Source: Polyangiales bacterium (GTDB lineage: Bacteria > Myxococcota_A > Polyangia > Polyangiales > Ga0077539). Taken from it: DNA of 64,000 bases. The position numbers and the translations under genes are program-made. Under the pieces are notes generated by a model. The model did no database searches and was not told where the DNA came from. It saw only the letters and a program-made list of their open reading frames with translations. This document shows, in pieces, positions 10,165-18,544 of this stretch (position 1 is its first letter; the number at the start of each line of letters is the position of its first letter). Location of the stretch: NCBI GenBank assembly GCA_044229975.1, contig JBGARZ010000005.1:96001-160000 (forward strand), written 5' to 3'.

Positions 10165-10373
10165 GCGACGAGGAAGACACGAAGCCGCAAGGGCGCCAGG
10201 GTCGCAAGGAGTGAAGAGGCTTCCGACGGGCAGCAGGATGAGCCCATGGTCATCCACTTCACCAACATTGCGCTCGTCTCCGCTCCGTCTGAGTCACCCC
10301 CTCAACCTCCGTCGGAAACCTCTTCAGTCCTTGCGACCCTGGCGCCCTTGCGGCTTCGTGTCTTCCTGGTCGC
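10165..10373. repeat. Long inverted repeat, CGCAAG-core family, copy 1
   Basis: Arms 10165-10229 and 10309-10373 (65 bp, 3 mismatches) around a 79-bp spacer. Core GCCGCAAGGGCGCCAGGGTCGCAAG. Confidence 0.92.
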
Positions 10374-11142
10374 TGCGCCCCAACTCCTCACCGACCTCAG
10401 CGACCGCACCGTCGGCCGCTGCGGCACCAACGCCGGCGAGGGCGGCGGCTGCAACGGCACGACGCCCTACTGCACGTCCTCGACCCTCACATGCAGCGAC
10501 AACGACATCCCCGAGAACGGGCTCTGCCAGAACGTCCGCGCGGGTGACATGCCTTGCGGGACCGGCCTCGTGTGCTCGGGCACCGCGCTCTCCGGGGGCA
10601 TCTGCCAGACCACCGCGTCGACGGGGGGAATGTGCAACCCGCTCACGCCGACCATCCGCTGCCCGGGCACCCAGGTGTGCGGTGCCGTCGCGTTCAACCG
10701 CGGCACCTGCGCGGCCGTTACTGGTGCCGAGACGGAGCCCAACGACTCACCGGCTGCCGTGATGGGCTCGCCCGTCACCACGACCACCACGCGCCGTGGC
10801 GCGCTCACCTTCGGCGACGTCGATTGTGTCGCCGTCACCGTCGCCGCGGGGGCCTCGGTCACCGCGTTCGTCAGCGATGGCAACGGTCGCTGCCCGGCTC
10901 CCATCGTCGGCGGCATCACGCTCGACCTCTACGGCACCGACGGCACCACCTGGCGCGGCACCTCGTCCAACTCTGCGCTCGGTCGCTGCGCCATGATCGA
11001 TGGAACCCGCGCGGCGGTGTTTCCGTACGCCAACGCCCTCCCGGCCGGAACGTACTTCGTCTGCGCCCGTGGCTTCCGCGACGCCACCACGACCACGGGC
11101 CCCATCTCCGACTACGTGCTCAGCGTCTCGACCTCGCCCTGA
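10246..11142 (+). pseudogene. Probable 5'-truncated Cys-rich surface protein with C-terminal PPC-like domain
   Basis: The first ~43 codons are translated palindrome. From ~10380 there are Cys repeats and 'ETEPND...G.L..GDVD...AGTYFVC...Y.L.V'. No signal peptide. Confidence 0.55.
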
Positions 11143-12272
11143 GCGGGCCTCCGAGGCACGTACGGAAACCACCGCTTGAGCTCGTTGATGGGGCGCTCCA
11201 ACGCAAACCAGCTCGCGCTCGCGGTGGCGACCACCGTCCCCACCGCCACCGGAAACCACAGCGCCGCGTCTGGCTCGATCGTCCGCAGCCACCGCCCCAC
11301 GACCGCGAGCCCCGGCAGCGCTCCGAGTCCGAACGCCGCCGTCCGTACGAAGGTGTGCTGCACGTAGATGCCGTAGCTGATCTTGCCGAGGTACCGAGGG
11401 ACGCGCGCTGCCAGCAAGCGACCGGTCACTCCCGGCAGCCCCCTCGCCGCAGCGTCGATCACCGCGAAGAAGCACACGCCCCCCGCCGTGAGCTGGAACA
11501 TCATCGCCAACGTCTCCGCGATGCTTCCCATCGCCCACGGCCCGAGCCACGGGAGCAGCAACACCACGGGCGCGCCCACCGCGAGCCCCACCGCACGCAC
11601 GCGTCGACGCACGCCATCGAGCGCCGCGGGGTCGTGCCAGCAGCACCCGAGCAGCGCGCCCCACACGAGCTGGTCGGTGCACCCGAAGGGGAGCATGCCG
11701 ACGGCGAAGGGACCCACCTCCAGCCCACGCAGATAGACCAGGCGCATGAGGGGACAGAGCACCAGCAACGACGCGATGGCGCGCACCAGCCAGCGCGGTG
11801 GAACGCACAAGATCACCAGCGGCCAGAGCAGATAGAACTGCTCCTCGACCGCGAGGCTCCAGAAGGGCGTGACGGGTCCGTCCCACGACCCACGGCGCGC
11901 GAAGTAGAGGTTGGACAGGTAGGTCGCGTGCCACGCGAACGATCGCCGCACCGCGGGCACACCGAAGGCGGCCGCCGCGAGCAGCACCGCGTAGTACAGC
12001 GGCCAGATGCGCAGGAAGCGGCGGGCATAGAAGGCGCGCAGCCCGCCGACGAGGGTCTGTCTGCCCGCGGCGATGTGCTCGCGCAGGTCGAGCAGGATGC
12101 GCGTGATGAGGAAGCCGCTGAGGACGAAGAAGAGCCCGACGCCGAGACCACCCGGGCCGATGCGACGAACGGTGGGCCACTCGCCCAGGTAGTGCTGCAC
12201 CAGCACGAGCGCGACGGCCACCGCGCGCAGCCCGTCGAGCTGGGGCATCGGCTGGAGCGCCGCCTTCGACAC
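11112..12272 (-). CDS. Acyltransferase-3 (OafA/YrhL-like) membrane O-acyltransferase
   Basis: LDGLRAVAV, GVGLFFVLSGFLIT, FYARRFLRIWPLYY, WSLAVEEQFY, LGKISYGIY, ERP motifs. Confidence 0.93.
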   Translation of the reverse strand: MSKAALQPMPQLDGLRAVAVALVLVQHYLGEWPTVRRIGPGGLGVGLFFVLSGFLITRILLDLREHIAAGRQTLVGGLRAFYARRFLRIWPLYYAVLLAAAAFGVPAVRRSFAWHATYLSNLYFARRGSWDGPVTPFWSLAVEEQFYLLWPLVILCVPPRWLVRAIASLLVLCPLMRLVYLRGLEVGPFAVGMLPFGCTDQLVWGALLGCCWHDPAALDGVRRRVRAVGLAVGAPVVLLLPWLGPWAMGSIAETLAMMFQLTAGGVCFFAVIDAAARGLPGVTGRLLAARVPRYLGKISYGIYVQHTFVRTAAFGLGALPGLAVVGRWLRTIEPDAALWFPVAVGTVVATASASWFALERPINELKRWFPYVPRRPAQGEVETLST

Positions 12273-12276
12273 GCGA

Positions 12277-14322
12277 TCAGTCCTCGCCGACGGAGGCCGT
12301 CGAGCGCCACCACAGGCTCTCCAGGCGATCGACGGCGCGGCGCACCAGCTCTCGCGGAGTGGCAGCGCGCTCGATGGTCTCGCTCACCCAGGTCGCCCAG
12401 CGCGGGTCGTCCACCGGCGACCTCACCCGCGCGTGCGCCGCCTGCACCTTGAAGGCGAGCACCACCCGCTGCGCCGCATCGAGCGTCGGAACCTCGATGG
12501 GCTTCGCCTGGTGCAACCGCCGTCGCAGCATCGCCGCGTCCTCCGAGGGGAGCACCGTGCGCTGCTCGGCCACGTCGGCGAGCATGGCGTCGGCCTCCAC
12601 GCGCAGGCGTTCGAGCGCGTCGGGCGTGATCGCGAGCACGACGCAACTGCCGGGGAGGGTTCCGCCGGCGTAGTAGGACAGCGAGCGCAGGGCGGCGCGG
12701 CGCTGCGGGGCCGTGAAGGCGCGGAAGAGGTTCTCGGCTTCGTCCACGAGGATCACCGGCGCGAGGCATCCGTCGATGGTGGCGAGGAGTTCGAGCCAGA
12801 GCTGGAGGCGCTGCCAGGCGTCCTTGCGGTAGGCCGTCGACGCCGGCTTGTGCCGCAGGTCCGACGCGGAGAGGAAGGCTTCGAGCGCCGCGCCGGGTCG
12901 CTTCGTTCGCTTCATGCGGCCGAGGGCGCGCGAGGCGGCTGCGGCGGCGTCACCGGTTCCGTTGGAGACGGCGCCGAGCACCATGCGAACGCCATCGAGC
13001 TCGGTGGCGGTGCGGGTCCATGCGGTGAGGCGGTCGAGGGCGCTGGGCCGACCCGGTAGCGGGAGCACCGACTGATCGAGCAGGCGATGCAGGTGCCGCT
13101 GTGGGTGGCCGAGGTCGGCGTCGAGGTACTCCAGCGACAGGCGAAACACCGGGCGCTTCTCGGCGAGCGAGCGCGCCGTGAGGTGCATGAGCAGGTGCGA
13201 CTTGCCCGAGCCGTACACGCCCGACACCAGCGCGAAGACCGAGCTCTCCAGCGAGGCGTGGCGGAACAGCTCGTCGATGGTCTCGTCGATGCGCTCGTGG
13301 CCGACGCTGAGGCCGACGTCCGGGTCGAGCGGTGGCAGGCCGTGCGCCGCACGAAGGATGGCCCGCAGCCCCGACGCCTCGCCGCGCAGCGCGGGCAGCG
13401 GGATGGGGTAGGTCATCGGCTGCGTCCATCCCGGCGGCGGGGACAGGTCGACCAGCGGACGGTGGGGCGGAGGGAGCGCGGCCTCGGCCAACGGAGCGAG
13501 CACGCGAGAGGCGAGCGGTCGGCAGAGGGTGATGCCGCGGGCGCCGTCGTAGAGCAGGGCGGTGGCGCCGACCCAGAGCTGCGCCGAGACGAGGCCGCGG
13601 GCGCCGTCGGCATTGTCGACGAGCTCGCGGAGCACGGTGAAGGCGCCGTCGCGACGGGAGATGGACAGTCGGGTGAGGGCCTCGGCGCCTTCGAAGATGA
13701 GCACCAGGCCGCGGTGGCCGAGAGCGCGCACGAGGCGCGAGAACTCACCGAGCGCGCGCAGGGCGGTGGGGGCGGTGAGAGCGCCGAGGACGGTTCCGCG
13801 GGTCTCGGCGCGGGAGAGGTCGGTGCCAGAGAGCCACGCGTCGATGCGGGAGGCGGGGCGGGCCGGGCGGCTGGCGGCGTCGAGGTACTCGCGGGTGAGG
13901 ACGGCGAGGTCGCCATGGGCGCCGAGGGGAAGGGCGTCGCGATCGAAGGCAGCGAGCGCGGCAGCGGGCGCGGGGTGGCTGGCGAGGAAGGTATCGAGGA
14001 GGGCGGTCCAGCCGCGGGCGTCGGAGTGGGGCGGGCGCACGGACTGAACGAGGTTGCGCACGAGCCCATCGAGGGCATCGAAGCAGCGGTCGGACATCAC
14101 GCTGACCCGCGCCACGCAGAAGCCGCGCGACCACGCCACGGACGCGAGGGAGTCGAACCACGCGCTCGCCATCGACGCTCGCTTCGCGTTGATGAAGAGC
14201 ACCTCGGCGGCCCCGGTGACGGCGATGTCTTCCATGCCCTGCTGGGCACCACGCAGGAGCGCCGACTGCCACGCGGCCTCGGGGGACTCCGGAGGTTTGG
14301 ACGGATAGGGGGAGAGCGTCAC
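12277..14322 (-). CDS. Tandem BrxD/DUF2791-like P-loop ATPase (degenerate N-terminal copy, intact C-terminal copy)
   Basis: C-terminal copy: SGVYGSGKSHLL (Walker A) and VILVDEAENL (Walker B). N-terminal copy: 'RGFCVARVSV', 'AWLSG', 'GHRGLVLIFEGAE...LRELVD...LYDGARGI...PLASR', matching the BrxD layout. Confidence 0.8.
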   Translation of the reverse strand: MTLSPYPSKPPESPEAAWQSALLRGAQQGMEDIAVTGAAEVLFINAKRASMASAWFDSLASVAWSRGFCVARVSVMSDRCFDALDGLVRNLVQSVRPPHSDARGWTALLDTFLASHPAPAAALAAFDRDALPLGAHGDLAVLTREYLDAASRPARPASRIDAWLSGTDLSRAETRGTVLGALTAPTALRALGEFSRLVRALGHRGLVLIFEGAEALTRLSISRRDGAFTVLRELVDNADGARGLVSAQLWVGATALLYDGARGITLCRPLASRVLAPLAEAALPPPHRPLVDLSPPPGWTQPMTYPIPLPALRGEASGLRAILRAAHGLPPLDPDVGLSVGHERIDETIDELFRHASLESSVFALVSGVYGSGKSHLLMHLTARSLAEKRPVFRLSLEYLDADLGHPQRHLHRLLDQSVLPLPGRPSALDRLTAWTRTATELDGVRMVLGAVSNGTGDAAAAASRALGRMKRTKRPGAALEAFLSASDLRHKPASTAYRKDAWQRLQLWLELLATIDGCLAPVILVDEAENLFRAFTAPQRRAALRSLSYYAGGTLPGSCVVLAITPDALERLRVEADAMLADVAEQRTVLPSEDAAMLRRRLHQAKPIEVPTLDAAQRVVLAFKVQAAHARVRSPVDDPRWATWVSETIERAATPRELVRRAVDRLESLWWRSTASVGED

Positions 14323-14330
14323 CGCGGGAG

Positions 14331-14340
14331 ACTCTACGAC
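14331..14340 (-). promoter_or_regulatory. Putative -10 element of a leaderless promoter for the BrxD-like gene
   Basis: GTCGTAGAGT on the minus strand, with TAGAGT 8 nt upstream of the GTG and no SD. The identical 10-mer lies 8 nt upstream of the ATG at 14948. Confidence 0.5.
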
Positions 14341-14401
14341 GGGCAGTCAGGGAGAGCGCGAGAGCTCTGCCTCCGCTCGTCCACTGGGAACCCGAGGTTG
14401 C

Positions 14402-14664
14402 GGAGCATGTGCTCACGTCCGCCCAATGCGCCTCACCGTCGCGTGGCGACGGGGCGACGGGTGGTCGGAGATGGGCCGCAAGGGCGCAAGGATCGCAAGG
14501 GCAGGAAGAAGTGAGGGTCGGCAACGGCCCACCAACGTTTCGCCGGACCGCCTACCTGATCACTCCCTTGCGATCCTTGCGCCCTTGCGGCCCATCTCCG
14601 ACCACCCGTCGCCCCGTCGCTACGCGACGGTGAGGCGCATTGGGCAGACGTGAGCACATGCTCC
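14402..14664. repeat. Long inverted repeat, CGCAAG-core family, copy 2
   Basis: Arms 14402-14501 and 14565-14664 (100 bp, 2 mismatches) around a 63-bp spacer. Core GCCGCAAGGGCGCAAGGATCGCAAG. Confidence 0.95.
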
Positions 14665-14696
14665 CTCATCCCTCCGCTCCGCTGGTGGAAGGGGGA

Positions 14697-14948
14697 CTAC
14701 GGGATGGCGTCGTCCTCGTCGTCGGCGGCCGAGCGCGCATGGTCGACGGCCTCGCGGATGTCGTCGATGACGTCGACGAAGGGCGCGGAGAGCCACGGCG
14801 CGACGTCGTCGTCGAAGTCTTCGAGCGAGGTGGTGAAGCCCTCGCGGGCGCCGCTGATGCGGAGCACCGAGACGGCCACGCCGCGCGGGTCGACGGTGAC
14901 CGTGACGGTGTCGCCCTCGTCGGTGTCGCGGGACCAGGTGCGTGCCAT
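14697..14948 (-). CDS. Small acidic hypothetical protein (83 aa)
   Basis: GC3-rich codons, a -10-like TAGAGT 8 nt upstream, and a position that fills the gap between the palindrome and the NADAR gene. Confidence 0.55.
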   Translation of the reverse strand: MARTWSRDTDEGDTVTVTVDPRGVAVSVLRISGAREGFTTSLEDFDDDVAPWLSAPFVDVIDDIREAVDHARSAADDEDDAIP

Positions 14949-14987
14949 GCGCGCGAACTCTACGACTGCGCGGTAGGGTACCGGCCC

Positions 14988-15539
14988 ATGATCGACAACG
15001 TCGAAGCGCTACGGGCGGCCGTGAGGGACGGGCAGAGTTTCCAGTACGAGCTTTTCTGGGGCCACCGTCCCTCGGCAGACGGGCGCATCGACGGCAAGTG
15101 CCTGTCACAGTGGTGGGCGTGCTCCTTCGTGGTCGACGGGGTGACGTACACGTCGACCGAGCAGTGGATGATGGCGGGCAAGGCGCGGCTCTTCGGCGAC
15201 GCGGAGACGCTCGCGGAGATCCTGGCGGTGACCGACCCCGGCGTGGTGAAGAAGCTCGGACGGAAGGTGCGCGGCTTCGACGAGGCGACGTGGGTGGCCG
15301 CGCGCTTCGAGCTGGTCACGCGCGGCAACATCGAGAAGTTCGGGCAGGACGCGCGGCTGCGGGGCTTTCTCCTGAAGACAGGCGATGCCGTGCTGGTGGA
15401 GGCGTCGCCGTACGACAGCATCTGGGGCATCGCGCTGGGGGCCTCGGACGAGCGAGCGACCGACCCGCTGCGCTGGGAGGGTCTCAACCTGCTGGGCTTC
15501 GCGCTGATGAGGGCGAGAGCGCATCTGCGCAACGGATAG
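14988..15539 (+). CDS. NADAR family protein (YbiA/RibX-like N-glycosidase / ADP-ribose hydrolase fold)
   Basis: FWGH...CLSQW, Y.STEQWMMAGKARLFGD, KKLGRKVRGFD, KF.Q, LVEASPYDSIWGI, W.G.NLLGFALM. Confidence 0.92.
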   Translation: MIDNVEALRAAVRDGQSFQYELFWGHRPSADGRIDGKCLSQWWACSFVVDGVTYTSTEQWMMAGKARLFGDAETLAEILAVTDPGVVKKLGRKVRGFDEATWVAARFELVTRGNIEKFGQDARLRGFLLKTGDAVLVEASPYDSIWGIALGASDERATDPLRWEGLNLLGFALMRARAHLRNG

Positions 15540-15555
15540 GCGCGACGGATGGCGA

Positions 15556-16218
15556 CTACGCCCGTCGGTAGCGCGCGACCCAGCGCCGCACCGGCGGATC
15601 TTCCCCGTCGCGCACATCCTCGAAGGACACCCGCACCAGCGGCGCCTCGCCCAGCGGCGCGAGTTCCTCCGCCGTCAGGGGCCACGGCGGACCGTTGGCT
15701 GCCTCGCTCGCGTCCCTCGCCCGCGCGATGACCAGCAGCGTGCCGCCCGGCGCCACGAGCGATCGCAGCGACGCCATCGCCACGACCCTCGCGTCCGCCG
15801 GGAGCGCCTGCAACGTGTACGTCTCCGTCACGAAGTCGAAGGCACCGAGGTAGCGCGCGGGCGGCGCCAGCAGGTCGGCCACCTCGTAGCGCACCGCGCT
15901 CGTCGGGAAGCGCTCACGGGCACCTTCCACGGCGGTGGGCGCGACGTCGAAGGCCGTCACGTCGAAGCCGCGCCGGGCGAGCTCCTCCGCGTTGTCGCCG
16001 AGGCCGCAGCCCACATCGAGCGCGCGCGTGCCGGTCACCTCGTCGCGGTGCGCGTCGAGCCAGCGCACCATCATCGGGTTGGCCGTGCGGTCGTCCCACG
16101 GAACACCCGTCGTCCCCTGGCGCGCCTCGACGTAGAGCTGCTCGAACCACCCCGTCGGGTTGCCCTGCGCGATAGAGGCGTGGGCGAGCTCGCGGGCGCG
16201 GGGGCGATGGTTGGTCAT
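15556..16218 (-). CDS. Class I SAM-dependent methyltransferase (TPMT/TehB-like)
   Basis: GWFEQLY...VPW, ALDVGCGLGDNA, FDVAPTAV, GPPWPLT. Confidence 0.88.
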   Translation of the reverse strand: MTNHRPRARELAHASIAQGNPTGWFEQLYVEARQGTTGVPWDDRTANPMMVRWLDAHRDEVTGTRALDVGCGLGDNAEELARRGFDVTAFDVAPTAVEGARERFPTSAVRYEVADLLAPPARYLGAFDFVTETYTLQALPADARVVAMASLRSLVAPGGTLLVIARARDASEAANGPPWPLTAEELAPLGEAPLVRVSFEDVRDGEDPPVRRWVARYRRA

Positions 16219-16227
16219 GGGTGTGGG

Positions 16228-17028
16228 TCAGTCGTTGAGCGACGGGCGGGAGACACGCTCTTCGCGACGGGCGCGGCGGCGACGGGTGATGGTCACGGCG
16301 CTCTCGACGAGGCCGAAGACCAGGTAGCAGCCGAGCAGCCACGGCAGCGCGAAGGCCGCGCCCCAGCGCAGGCCCACGAGCGCGGTGCTGGTGACGCCCG
16401 CGGCGATGATGACCAGCGGTCGCCACCCGGTGAGCCGCACGTCCTTGAACGACCGAAACTGCACCGTGCTCACCATGAGCGCCGAGAGCGAGACCATCAG
16501 CGCGGCGACGGCGGCGGGGTGGGCGAAGAGGTTGCCGCGCACCGAGTGGTTGGCGAGCACGAGCGCGATGAGCATGCCCGCGGCGCCGGGGATGGGCAGG
16601 CCGACGATGTACTTGCCGGGCTTGGTGGCGACGGCCGTCTCGCGGGTGGCGATGACATTGAAGCGCGCGAGGCGGATGGCGCCGCAGGCGACGTAGACGA
16701 AGCACGCCGCGATGCCGAGGTCGCCGAGGGGTGACAAGGCCCAGCGCCACGCGAGCATGGCCGGGGCGAGGCCGAAGGAGATGACGTCCGCGAGCGAGTC
16801 GAACTGGAGACCGAAGGCCGACTGGGTGCGGGTGAGGCGCGCCACGCGGCCGTCGATGATGTCGAAGAACATCGCGAACACCAGCAGCAGCGCGGCGAGC
16901 TGGTAGCGCGTGGGGTCGACCGCCGGGGACTCCGCCGTGGAGAGCACCCTGATGGCGTTGAAGCCACAGAAGATGCTGGAGACGGTGAAGAGGTTGGGGA
17001 GGATGAAGAGGCTCTTGCGGAGGTCCAT
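16228..17028 (-). CDS. pssA: CDP-diacylglycerol--serine O-phosphatidyltransferase
   Basis: LPNLFT, the CDP-alcohol phosphotransferase motif 'DIIDGRVAR...S.FG.QFDSLADVISFG.AP', RLARFN, GLPIP. Start reassigned to the ATG at 17028. Confidence 0.92.
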   Translation of the reverse strand: MDLRKSLFILPNLFTVSSIFCGFNAIRVLSTAESPAVDPTRYQLAALLLVFAMFFDIIDGRVARLTRTQSAFGLQFDSLADVISFGLAPAMLAWRWALSPLGDLGIAACFVYVACGAIRLARFNVIATRETAVATKPGKYIVGLPIPGAAGMLIALVLANHSVRGNLFAHPAAVAALMVSLSALMVSTVQFRSFKDVRLTGWRPLVIIAAGVTSTALVGLRWGAAFALPWLLGCYLVFGLVESAVTITRRRRARREERVSRPSLND

Positions 17029-17032
17029 GGCT

Positions 17033-18544
17033 TCAACCGGGGTTCGTAGCACCAGACGACGCAGGGGGTGGAGTGGGGGTCGCGACCCGTGACAGTCGGT
17101 CGAGGTGCCACCGACACAACGCATCCAGTGGGAGCGACGTACCCATCCAGGCGAAGGTCGCGCGCGTTGGCGCTGGCAGGTCACCCACGCACAGACCTGT
17201 GCCCTCGAACGCCTGCTCGTTGAGCCGCCACACCGCCGCGGAGAACTCGTGCACCCGCTCCGGCGGGATGCAGCACCGCACCGACGGATCGACGTACGGC
17301 AGCGCATACGGGGCGCGCCCGATGCCACCATCGGGCAGGGCGATCACCAGGCCGCCGTCGTCGGATCCGAGGAGGAAGTCGCGACTGTCGGCCACGTCCT
17401 CACCGGGCTCCTGGGTGAGTGCGAGCCGCGTCTCCCCCACACGCACCGTCGACGGCAGCAGCGCACGCACCGCGTCGAGCGTCGCCCCGCTCACCCGATC
17501 ATCGTCGCGCAGCGCGTAGTCACCCGGAGCGAGCGCGCTCACCTGCTCGGCGAGGGACGCGTAGCCGGGGCGCGCGACGTGGCCGAGTGACTCGTACCCA
17601 CCGGGCGCGAAGAGACGACTCAGCGCGACGTTGCTCGCGGCCGGAAACATCGGGTCGAGGCTGATGACGGGGACGTCGTCGACGGGCTCTTCCCAGGGCG
17701 CGACCCGCACCGCGACCGTCGATGCGAGCAACGCGCGGAGGCTCGACTGGAAGCGCGCGAATCCCGCGAGCCCGAGCGTCCGCACCGCCCGCGCGTCCTC
17801 GACGCGGAGACAGAGACGACCCCGCGCGGGAGGAGACCACACGGGAGCACGGAGCATTCGCGATGAGGCCGGGTGGTCGCCATCTGCCCACAGCACTCGC
17901 GGATGATGGCCCAGGCGTGCGCGCCATCGGTCGAACTCCGTCGACGCACCCGGTCGGCCCACCACCACGCACCCGCCGCGCTCGGTGAACGCCAACGCGA
18001 AGCGCGCGTTGTCCCCGCCGCACACATAGAGCACCTCGACGCGCGGGTCGACGTGCGCCCGGAGGTACGTCCGTAGCCGCGCCGCGACGTCGGTGAAGTT
18101 CACGGAGACGCGGCGGTGGAGGGCTTCCCAGGGGTCGACGGAGAGCCAGTCGCTCGTCGCCACCGCCTCGGCGCACTCGCGCAGGCGCACCGACGCGGGC
18201 ACCGCGCCCGCGCCGCACTTCAGGCGGAGGTAGTCGTCGTGCCCGGGCGAGAGGTAGCCGCCGACCACGGTGTAGCCAGTGGCCTCGGCCGCGTCGCGGG
18301 CGTGCTCCATCATCGCGAGGTGGCCCGCGTGCACCGGACAGAACCCGCCCGTCGAGAGCAGCACGACGGGGCGCTCACCGGAGACGAAGCGCTTCGGTCG
18401 CGGGGTGCAGTGCCAGTCGACGTCGTCGAGCGCGGCGTCGTCGGGGTCGTCGTCGAAGAAGAAGCCGGCGTCCCACACGGCCTGCTCACCGAGCCGGGCA
18501 GCGAGCGGAGCGAGGTAGGGGTCGCGGGCGATCTTCCAGTGCAT
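17033..18544 (-). CDS. Eukaryote-type NMN/NaMN adenylyltransferase fused to a C-terminal PRTase-like domain
   Basis: TGGFCPVHAGHLAMME (HxGH), VVGGYLSPGHDDY, SDWLSVDPWE, YVCGGD. The C-terminal 'YALRDDDRVSGATLDAV' resembles the type I PRPP-binding loop. The start ATG overlaps the upstream stop (TGATG). Confidence 0.78.
   Translation of the reverse strand: MHWKIARDPYLAPLAARLGEQAVWDAGFFFDDDPDDAALDDVDWHCTPRPKRFVSGERPVVLLSTGGFCPVHAGHLAMMEHARDAAEATGYTVVGGYLSPGHDDYLRLKCGAGAVPASVRLRECAEAVATSDWLSVDPWEALHRRVSVNFTDVAARLRTYLRAHVDPRVEVLYVCGGDNARFALAFTERGGCVVVGRPGASTEFDRWRARLGHHPRVLWADGDHPASSRMLRAPVWSPPARGRLCLRVEDARAVRTLGLAGFARFQSSLRALLASTVAVRVAPWEEPVDDVPVISLDPMFPAASNVALSRLFAPGGYESLGHVARPGYASLAEQVSALAPGDYALRDDDRVSGATLDAVRALLPSTVRVGETRLALTQEPGEDVADSRDFLLGSDDGGLVIALPDGGIGRAPYALPYVDPSVRCCIPPERVHEFSAAVWRLNEQAFEGTGLCVGDLPAPTRATFAWMGTSLPLDALCRWHLDRLSRVATPTPPPASSGATNPG

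Noticed and set aside
2476..14322. TerB-like gene plus DUF2791 ATPase as a Shango-type defence system
   Set aside because: The genes are 9 kb apart on opposite strands, there is no helicase, and the TerB protein lacks the large TerB-N/TerB-C architecture.
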